Source of the DNA: a virus
Taxonomy: Duplodnaviria; Caudoviricetes
Strand: one strand, 5' to 3'
Length of the DNA: 64,000 nt
IMG/VR virus record: IMGVR_UViG_3300020048_000002
Below the pieces are notes generated by a model. The model did not search any database. It was not told the DNA's origin and saw only the letters and a list, made by a program, of their open reading frames with translations. Shown here piece after piece: positions 1-8,000 of the stretch. How positions within the stretch are numbered: position 1 is the stretch's first letter; each line of letters starts with the position of its first letter. Position numbers and translations under genes: made by a program.

Positions 1-291
1 GCAGAGCTGGCAAACCCCACCCTCTTCCCGCCACGCCCAACCGTTCCGGCTCCACTCCTTGATTGCCCCATCGACGTCAGAAGAAGACGAACAGGAGAGG
101 AGCTTGGCTCGGATTTTCGACCAGTAGGGGCCACTTCGAGGCCCGCCTTGTTTTGTTGCCGACTCAATCTCTTGGAGCCCCGCCTCGATTTCAGGCAGTT
201 CGTCCAAGTTTGCATCGAACTTTACCCCGCCACTCGACGCAGATCGAAGCGTATGGTCATGCTGTGCGTTGATGGCGTAAAGGAGGAACAT
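1..291 (-). CDS. hypothetical protein, truncated by the window edge
   Basis: Read by hand: ATG at 291 with AGGAG upstream; frame open to position 1 (MFLLYAINAQHDHTLR...WREEGGVCQLC). Not in the ORF track. Confidence 0.6.
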   Translation of the reverse strand, partial: MFLLYAINAQHDHTLRSASSGGVKFDANLDELPEIEAGLQEIESATKQGGPRSGPYWSKIRAKLLSCSSSSDVDGAIKEWSRNGWAWREEGGVCQLC

Positions 292-339
292 GTCCGGGTG
301 CTCCTAGCAGGTTCTACGTTGAGGCACCCGATAGGAGGA

Positions 340-591
340 CTATGCGTCCTCCTCGAACAACGCCTCGAAGTCGTTCGCTGTGCGAAGGAGGCGAGAGTAG
401 TCGTCGACCCCATCTTTCCACCCCTCGATGAACTGTAGAAGGGTGGCCGTCACTTGGTCCTGCTCCTGCCCCGTCCGAGCACGGCGGTACATCAGCTCAA
501 ACTGAGCCACTTCCTCCGGCTTCATCTTTGCCGCAAGGGCACGGGCCTTTAGTACGGTGATTAGGAGTGTCTTGCGATCTCGAATGCCCAC
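340..591 (-). CDS. hypothetical protein (83 aa)
   Basis: Tiles with minus-strand neighbours, natural helical composition, GGTGTA motif 9 nt upstream of the GTG. Confidence 0.65.
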   Translation of the reverse strand: MGIRDRKTLLITVLKARALAAKMKPEEVAQFELMYRRARTGQEQDQVTATLLQFIEGWKDGVDDYSRLLRTANDFEALFEEDA

Positions 592-599
592 ACAGAGAT

Positions 600-851
600 C
601 TACACCAGAGCGTAGGCAAAGTAGACGTCAAATTTGCGGCATTCGTCCTGAGTCAGCCGCCGTAACACCCCCTCGTCCACCAGACTCTCCAAGAGGTCCT
701 CCATGGGCCGGAGGTTCGCCCACCACCCAAGCTCTACGGCGAGGTTGCCGATGAGAATCGGACACTTGACACGGCGGCAGTAGTCAACCGTCCTCTGGCG
801 AATCCCCGCTGGGGTCGGCTTGGGCGGTGGTTGGGAGGGTCGGGATGACAT
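600..851 (-). CDS. hypothetical protein (83 aa), possibly winged-helix-like
   Basis: AGGAGG RBS upstream. The pattern 'LAVELG...LLESLVDEGVLRR' resembles a wHTH. Confidence 0.6.
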   Translation of the reverse strand: MSSRPSQPPPKPTPAGIRQRTVDYCRRVKCPILIGNLAVELGWWANLRPMEDLLESLVDEGVLRRLTQDECRKFDVYFAYALV

Positions 852-1047
852 CGAATTCCTCCTGAACGTCGAGCGGGTGGACCCGCTTTACGGTGACGTC
901 CATGTCTGCAAGTGTGCGAAGGAACTCATCTACATTCGGGACGATCAGGTTGAAGGCGTTCATTCCAGGATCGAGAACGAGCCGATGCTCTGGGAGCACC
1001 AACTCCCGTAGGGCATGGACGACGAAGGAGTAGAACCCTGATTGCAT
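784..1047 (-). CDS. hypothetical protein (87 aa)
   Basis: Fills the gap between minus-strand genes; protein-like composition. Confidence 0.55.
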   Translation of the reverse strand: MQSGFYSFVVHALRELVLPEHRLVLDPGMNAFNLIVPNVDEFLRTLADMDVTVKRVHPLDVQEEFDVIPTLPTTAQADPSGDSPEDG

Positions 1048-1072
1048 CTACTTTGCCCGATCTATCAAAGGG

Positions 1073-2182
1073 CTAAAAGACTACGTGGGTAGTCGCAGGC
1101 ACTTCGATGCGGAGGCCGCGAATCTTGTCCCAGTCAACGTGGAACGTGAAGTCCACGGCAGCGGCCACTTCCCAACGGTCGAACACCTCTCGACTCACAA
1201 CCCGGTAACTATCGGAGTGAATCTGAAGGACCCCCGCTTCGTGAGGCAGCCCAAGGGCTACCGGGAAGTCCCCGTAGTAACACTGTCTACGGTAGAAGGG
1301 TTTTTTGGCCGAGGCGTCCACCACCCAAAACCTGCCAAGGGTGTCCTCGTCGTGAATGTCCTCGACGTTCTTTGGTTCCGGGTTCGGGTGCGAAGCTCCA
1401 AGGAACCTCGCCATTTCCATGACCCACGTCGTTCCGATGACCCCCATCTGCATCGAAAACGGGTCAAACCGAACGTTGAAAGACTTCAGGTCTGCCAAGG
1501 GCGTGCGTGTACGAGCAAACGCAGTAGCACGAGGCAGGGTCTCTAGACCACTGTATGGGTTCTCCGCAGAATCGAGGACCTGAAACCGATCAAGGAAGTC
1601 ACAGGCACGTCCCCCCAGCCCCTTGAGGATGTTGGGGGCCGAGTCCTCGATGCGTTTGGTTAGCCCTTGCCGCCCAGCGTAGGTCATCTGCTGCGCCGCT
1701 GGAGTCGAGGCAACCCATGGAGCTAGGGTGGAGACGTGCTGCTCTTCTCGGGAGCGGTCGAACACCCACTGGACTAGGAAGCCTTCGAGGTCGGGACGTA
1801 GCCTCGGGAGGGGCTGAACAAGAGTCCCGTCCTCTCGGCGTACCGGCTTCGGTTGCCAAACGTCCTCTTCAGCCAATCTGGCCAGGGCAAGTCCTGTTGT
1901 TTGAGACACAACGAGGATCCCATCGCCGCCTTGGAGGTACTCGTCCGCCAAGTAGAGGGCCACCTCACGGAGATCTTCCGGGGTCCCGTCCAACTTCTCC
2001 TCTAGGACGGGTTGGATCTGCTCCACCAACCGGTCCGCCGCCCATCCCTCTGCCTTGGCTTTTACGAAAGCCACTTGCAGATCGGCGTTCCGTTGCACTT
2101 CCCCCCGAGCCGCCAACAGGGGCTTTGCGGAGGGGCGTGCGAGCGTGTGGACTTCGGGGGCTAGCTTGGTTAGATCACTCAT
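1073..2182 (-). CDS. hypothetical protein (369 aa)
   Basis: Long ORF whose start overlaps the end of the AAA ATPase gene. Confidence 0.75.
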   Translation of the reverse strand: MSDLTKLAPEVHTLARPSAKPLLAARGEVQRNADLQVAFVKAKAEGWAADRLVEQIQPVLEEKLDGTPEDLREVALYLADEYLQGGDGILVVSQTTGLALARLAEEDVWQPKPVRREDGTLVQPLPRLRPDLEGFLVQWVFDRSREEQHVSTLAPWVASTPAAQQMTYAGRQGLTKRIEDSAPNILKGLGGRACDFLDRFQVLDSAENPYSGLETLPRATAFARTRTPLADLKSFNVRFDPFSMQMGVIGTTWVMEMARFLGASHPNPEPKNVEDIHDEDTLGRFWVVDASAKKPFYRRQCYYGDFPVALGLPHEAGVLQIHSDSYRVVSREVFDRWEVAAAVDFTFHVDWDKIRGLRIEVPATTHVVF

Positions 2183-3755
2183 CGTTGCCGACCAGTTTCA
2201 GCGCCCCAGTCTTTCGATCGGGAGCGGAAGCGAACTTTGCCCTTACACCGTCGTTGGCTTCAGCATCGTAGCCAACCCAATCCAAAATCTCACGTACATC
2301 GTCCGTCATTGTACGGATAATGCGAGGCTTGTGGGCCAACTCGTTTGCGAGTAGCTTCTCATCGAGAGCCGCTTTGCCCTTGTCGAAGCTCTCGACCATC
2401 GCCGCCCCGATGGCTTGCTCCATCTCGCGCCCGACCATTCCGGCAGCCTTCTCGGAGAGCATGGCAAGGTCAAAGTCGTCGGGCGTCTGCCCAGCCTTCC
2501 GGAGATGGATCTTCAGGATGTCTACCCGATCTTCCTCGGTCGGCATGTCGAAGAAGAACCTCTCGTCCATACGGTTGACGAACTCGACAGGCAGCGTCTT
2601 GAGGCTGTTGGCCGTCATGGCGAGACACACCTTGGCGTCCGTCTCCTGGAGCCAGGTAGAGAGAATCCCGATGGTCCGGGACGTGGTTCCGGCATCCGAT
2701 TGCGCCGACGACGCCCCACCCGAGAGGCTCTTTTCAGCCTCGTCGATCCATACGACACATGGGGCCGCCGCCTCGATGAGTCTGGTTACCCGATAGACAT
2801 TGGCCTCGGATTCGCCGACGCCCGACGAGCGGAGCTTGCCCATCTCGACCTGCACAACGGGAAGGCCCCATGCGTGGCCGAGAGCCTTGACGGAGAGGCT
2901 CTTGCCGCACCCCCAGACCCCCACGAGCAAGACACCCTTCGGTGGCTTGAGGCCGAACTTCTGCCCCGCATCCGTCCACGTCGCACGGGTCTTTTTGGCC
3001 CACGCCTTGAACCGCCCAGCACCCCCAACGTCGTCGAAGTTGAACGTCGAAGTGTCGATGTACTGAACGAGGTCCGACTTCTTGAGCTGCTTCTGCCGGT
3101 ATTCGGCAATGAGAGCCGGTTCGATACGGCGTGGGTTCTTCGTATCTTTTTTCGTGGCGATGATACTCTGTGAAATCGCCATCTTGATCTCGTAGCTCGT
3201 GAGACCCTTGAATACCTTGGGTGTATCGGCAGGCACTTCGGTACGAAGGTTCTTGGCCGCATCCTCGACGAGAGCCAAGATTTCGTCCCCTGTGAGCCCC
3301 TTGTCCTGAACGACCTCGATGTACCTAGACAGTTTCTCGGGAATGACCTTCCGGGTCCCGACAAAGATGAGTGTCTTGACGATCGTGTTGTCCTGGTGGA
3401 GCTGATGGGCGATGTTCAGAACACGCCGCTGGACATGAGGGTCCGCTAACCAACGCTCCGGATCGGTGATGACGTAGAAGTTCTGTTCCCGCTTCGGGTC
3501 ATCCTTGTAGATTTGGACGAGTGCTTGATGGATGTTGATCGTGTCCGGGTTCTCGGTGTGTGTGCGTTGCTTCCAATCGACGAGTAGGCCGTCGATAGGC
3601 ACGAGACCCAAGGCAGCGTTGTAGACCCATGTCCGCTTGCTGTACTCCTTGAGCTTCTGCTGGAGCTTCACGAGAAAGCGGTCTTCTTCGTCCGTCACGA
3701 AGTAAATAAAGCGAGCCAGCGAACTGAGGTAGAAGTTCAACTCGGGGGTGGTCAT
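2175..3755 (-). CDS. Ycf46/SpoVK-like AAA+ ATPase
   Basis: Walker A GVWGCGKS, Walker B VVWIDEAEK, 'GVGESEAN', 'MTAN', 'RMDERFF', plus an N-terminal degenerate AAA-like region as in the Ycf46 family. Confidence 0.9.
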   Translation of the reverse strand: MTTPELNFYLSSLARFIYFVTDEEDRFLVKLQQKLKEYSKRTWVYNAALGLVPIDGLLVDWKQRTHTENPDTINIHQALVQIYKDDPKREQNFYVITDPERWLADPHVQRRVLNIAHQLHQDNTIVKTLIFVGTRKVIPEKLSRYIEVVQDKGLTGDEILALVEDAAKNLRTEVPADTPKVFKGLTSYEIKMAISQSIIATKKDTKNPRRIEPALIAEYRQKQLKKSDLVQYIDTSTFNFDDVGGAGRFKAWAKKTRATWTDAGQKFGLKPPKGVLLVGVWGCGKSLSVKALGHAWGLPVVQVEMGKLRSSGVGESEANVYRVTRLIEAAAPCVVWIDEAEKSLSGGASSAQSDAGTTSRTIGILSTWLQETDAKVCLAMTANSLKTLPVEFVNRMDERFFFDMPTEEDRVDILKIHLRKAGQTPDDFDLAMLSEKAAGMVGREMEQAIGAAMVESFDKGKAALDEKLLANELAHKPRIIRTMTDDVREILDWVGYDAEANDGVRAKFASAPDRKTGALKLVGNDE

Positions 3756-3776
3756 CTCAATCTCTACTTACACCGG

Positions 3777-3815
3777 AAAAAGCGAAACGGTCTGCCTTTT
3801 TGGGGCAGACCGTTT
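3777..3815 (-). terminator. intrinsic terminator after the DUF1257 gene
   Basis: Perfect 12-bp stem AAACGGTCTGCC/GGCAGACCGTTT (3785-3815) followed on the minus strand by CGCTTTTT. Confidence 0.75.
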
Positions 3816-3835
3816 GGGTCGTAGGATCGGGGAAC

Positions 3836-4162
3836 TCAACCCACCGCGCAGATCATCTCGATTTCGCCGTTCCTGTTGATCGTGCGAGACTCGATCATGA
3901 TCCCTTGTCGAGCACACTCCAACTTGTACTTGGCTTCGCTGTAGTGGAGCTTGAGGAGCCCGAGCTTGTCCTGGGTGTGCCCGAAGTCGGTGTCCCCAGA
4001 GATCTGCCCCGTCCGAAGGTCGAGGACAGCGTGGTTGAGCGCCCCACTCGTGAACCGGAGGAAAGAGCCGTCCTCCGTGACCCCGATGCCCGCTGCCTTG
4101 GCCGCCTGCATGGCAAGGGCCTTGTCCTTGATTTCCGTGGAAGTCGTCACGCGATGAGACAT
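3836..4162 (-). CDS. DUF1257 (Ycf35-like) protein
   Basis: N-terminus MSHRVTTSTEIKD matches the MSHF..IKT.I.D pattern; sits between a DUF2997-like gene and a Ycf46-like ATPase. Confidence 0.7.
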   Translation of the reverse strand: MSHRVTTSTEIKDKALAMQAAKAAGIGVTEDGSFLRFTSGALNHAVLDLRTGQISGDTDFGHTQDKLGLLKLHYSEAKYKLECARQGIMIESRTINRNGEIEMICAVG

Positions 4163-4192
4163 GGTTCTATCCTTTCGTGTCCGGGCCGATCC

Positions 4193-4375
4193 TTACGACC
4201 CCTGAATCTCGTGGACGGAGTCGCACTCAGGGCCGATCTCCTCGTCCGAAAGCTGCTTGCCGACGGCGTTCGTGACCTTGTAGATCTCGCTACAGAGGTG
4301 CGATCCGCGATCCAGCACCTCCGTCACGACGGTGCCGTCCTTCTTGATCACAACCTTGAACTTCATGGCTGACAT
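4193..4375 (-). CDS. DUF2997-like small protein
   Basis: 'FKVVIKKDGTVVTEV...LCSEI...VG' fits the I.PDG.V..EV...C pattern. Start moved to ATG 4375 because of an AGGAG RBS. Confidence 0.7.
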   Translation of the reverse strand: MSAMKFKVVIKKDGTVVTEVLDRGSHLCSEIYKVTNAVGKQLSDEEIGPECDSVHEIQGS

Positions 4376-4394
4376 GTTTGTTCTCCTGTCCCCT

Positions 4395-5009
4395 TCATAC
4401 ACCAGAACCACCTAGTTTGACCCGACCACCTACAGGGATCACATTCTCCGCAGGTTCGGGGGCTGCCCAGGGGTCTTTGACCGGCGCTGCTTGTTGGGGT
4501 TTTACACCGGAGAGCATCATGCCTCCCTGTGATTGTGCGTTCATCGATAAAACTTCGGGTCGGACCACAGCACCGACGAAGGGAGTCGAAGGTCGAACCG
4601 CCGTTGTTGAGTCCACCACAGGTTGAGGCTCAGGGGCGTTCACTTTAGGAAGTTCGGGAACAACCACCGGTTCTGGAGCAAGTGCTACGACCGGGGCTCT
4701 TGGGGCCGGTTCCGTTGCTGCTACAGGGTCTACCCACGACCTAACCTCCGGCGGGGCGCTCATGTCCACGGTCAAGAACCGCTTGCCGGAAATCTCCTTG
4801 AATCGAGGGTCCTTCGAGTCCATTCGAGGGGGATTCTTGAACAAGCGATCCTCCCAAGAGTTGACCCGAATGTCGAACCGGCTCTGCCCGTAAAGACTAC
4901 GGGTGCATTCGGGGTTGACGCAACGTTTGCACCACCCCTCGAAAAATACGGGGAGGGCTTCGTTCTCCGTATTGCACTCGGCCAGTAGATCTCGACGGGA
5001 GGCTTTCAC
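4395..5009 (-). CDS. hypothetical protein with N-terminal Cys cluster and Pro-rich linker
   Basis: C...CKRC...C motif, GAGGT RBS, GTGA overlap with the polA stop. Confidence 0.7.
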   Translation of the reverse strand: MKASRRDLLAECNTENEALPVFFEGWCKRCVNPECTRSLYGQSRFDIRVNSWEDRLFKNPPRMDSKDPRFKEISGKRFLTVDMSAPPEVRSWVDPVAATEPAPRAPVVALAPEPVVVPELPKVNAPEPQPVVDSTTAVRPSTPFVGAVVRPEVLSMNAQSQGGMMLSGVKPQQAAPVKDPWAAPEPAENVIPVGGRVKLGGSGV

Positions 5010-8000
5010 GAAGACACCTCTTCTCCTACCTTACCATCGGACAAGTTCATCTCCAACAAAGAGCGAGCAAACTTGTTGGCGTCCACCCGAATCTTGAGGT
5101 TGGGGTCGATGAGGACATTGCCGAACCCATCGACGAGGCGCAGGTACGGACCCGTTTTCGAGATCCATCGAGCTACAGCCCCACGCACCTGCCCTACCGT
5201 GATGGCCTTCGTCATGGTCAGTCGCACCGTGGCGATGGAGGCTTTCTCCGACGTCGGAGGATTTAGCGTAGGGGTAGGCCGGACGGTTGTAGCGGGCACG
5301 GATGCCGCCACAGGTTCGACGACATGAGCTTTCCCCACCCCCTCGGTAGGTTGCACCCCTACGGGAGCAGGCTCAGGTACGTGACCTTCTGCGGGGATGA
5401 ACGGATGAAGGGCCTCTGGCACTTTACCGTAGACATACCCGTGAGCGATGAAGCCGCCCTCTTTCGGTTTCTCCCCCTCTTTTGCTCGATGGCAAGAGTA
5501 CTCAGCCCCCCATGACTCTCCGATGAGGGGTTCGGTGATGAGGGGTACCTTCCAAGGTGGGGAGTACGGTGGGCGAGCCATCTTCGTGGGGCTCTCCATC
5601 TTCTCCGTGAAGACAGGTACAACTTCAAATACCTTCTCGTGTTTTACCTCAAACACCAACTCGTCGTGGACGGTGAGGAGCATACGGACGGTATCGGTCT
5701 GGTTTCTCAGCCACCCGCGACGGTAGAACTCCTTGTGGAGCACAACCATCGCAATCTTCATGATGTCGGCCCCTGAGTTCTTCGTGATGACACCATCCGC
5801 CTCGAACCGGTGCAGAGGGTCGTTTACCGAGAGAGTGAAAGTATCATCCTCTTCCGTCCGCTCAATCTTCGAGGCCAGACGCTTGAACCCATAAATGGGG
5901 GAGTCGAGCACGACCCCCAACGCCTTGCACAAGCGGTCTAGCGTGTAAACGCTGACTTTGCCCCCGGTCTTGAGCCGGAGGTACATATTGTAAAGAGACT
6001 CGTCGGAAAAGTCTTTGCGGACCCATGCGCCCTTTGAGAGGAGGTTCCGGACGAGAAAGCTCGGAGCGAACATATCGTGGAACTTCGGGTGACGAAGTTC
6101 CGTTCGTCCCATGACATTACGCTCGAACATCCGCCGCTGTATGTCGAGCCGGTAGCTGGTCGTCTCAGATCCCTCACTGTTGACGCCCTGGTACGGACCT
6201 CGGAGGCACGACTCCACCCCCAGCGTGCGGAGCAAGAGTTTCGTGTCAACCAGAAGCTCCCGTTGACAGAGATGCAGATTATAGGGGTTACCTTTGGCTG
6301 TATCGAGCGGAGGACGATGCCCGTCCGAGTCCATGAAGCCACGCATGAACGACCGACGATGAGCCAGGGTTTCTTGAAACAAGCGAACTGGGAGTCGCTT
6401 GGTATGCGCTGTTGCCGGGTTGAAACCAACCCTGCTCAACCACCTTGTCAACTCGACCCCCCAGACTTCGACCCGTGCGCGGGTCGAGCTTTGCACAGCG
6501 GGGGTGTGCGTGGACCAAATCACTTGAGGGTTCAGTCCACACGACTGCCAAAAGCTGACGCAGGCGTCAATCGCTGCCCGCTCATGATCCCCGAACGTAT
6601 AGCTGAGCCCCCCACGGGGATCCAACCAACCGTCCCCCATGTACCGGCCAAGCCAGTACCAGAGATCTGCAAGCGCCTCGTTCGCAACCGCGACCTTGTT
6701 TCTCGCCTTGGGTTGCTCCTCCATTGGGGGAAGAGGCTCGGGGCTCATCTCCACAGGCTTGCACAAGGACGTTGCCACACGGTCGCCAGGCTTCAAGTCA
6801 GCGTACTCGACCCACGAGTAACCCTCGTCTGTGACAACCAAGAGCTTGTGGCGCGTGTCACACTCAACGGTAGTTCCGTCCGCCAGTAGAATGTCGGCAA
6901 GCTGCCACCGACCCATGTTGTGAGCCGTGAACGTCGCCCACTTGGTGCCCGTCCAGACGCGCAGTCCATCTGTGCCTTGAGCCTCAAGCTCTCCAATGGA
7001 CTTGTACCCTTGATCGGTTAGGACAACCGAGTGCGCTTGCAGGCACCCTTGGATCGGGTAGTTGGTGGCGTGACGTTCACAAGCAGCTCGTAAGGCTCGT
7101 ACGTCGTCCTCGCTCACGAGCATCCGACCGTTCGAGTCCTTCTCGTTGAGCTTTGCGTTGGCATCGGGGATCGCCACCCAACGACCAAACGCCGTGTGTA
7201 CGCCGAGTTGCTTCTTGACCCGCTCGTGTTGGCCTTTGACCCAGTTCGCGAACGTCGGGACGGCCTTGTCGAACGCTTGCTTGCGCCGCTGGGCTTCGAG
7301 CTTGTTGCAGCCAGTAGCCCTCATGATGGAGGCAGGCCCACCGCCGTAAACGAGGGCGAAATTGGCCGTGTTGTGGGTAACGTGCCCATTTGCCCAATAG
7401 ACGTGGGTAGGCTCTACGGTAAGGTCTACGCACGGCCCATCTTCGGCGGGAAGAACCGCCTTCACAACGTACCGATCTGTTACTCGACCTGCGTACTTAG
7501 GTTCACGCAGACGAGCCTTTTTACCCTCGTGGCGAAGGTACGAACGCATCTCCCATGAGGACGCAACCGTGAGACGTAGGCGAACATAGTGTCGCTCGTA
7601 CGTCCGGTTGAACGTAAGCTCCGTCTGAAAGTCAAAGCCGAAGGCCCGAAGCGAGGCCGCCACTTGACCCGCTAGAACCATGTCCTTCGTGGTCCAGTCA
7701 AGGTTGGGACTATCGAGCCCCACCGTGCCGTCGGTGTCGAGAAGGCCCGCAAAGTAGTGAAGGAACGAGGTACGGCCTGCCCCGAGTACCCAAGTCGGAA
7801 TGCGGAGTGCTTTGCCGTGCTTTCGCTGTAGACCTAGTCCAGTGAAAAGCCGCACCACTACCCGACTACCAAGGTAGAGTTGCTTTTCGTCTTTGCGTGT
7901 CGTTGTGAGCCCACAACGGGTAGCGGCATCTTCGAGGGTACGAATCCAATCCTCGTACGGGTTCCCGTAGGCATCGATCTTCTCGGCCTCCCCGTGCGTA

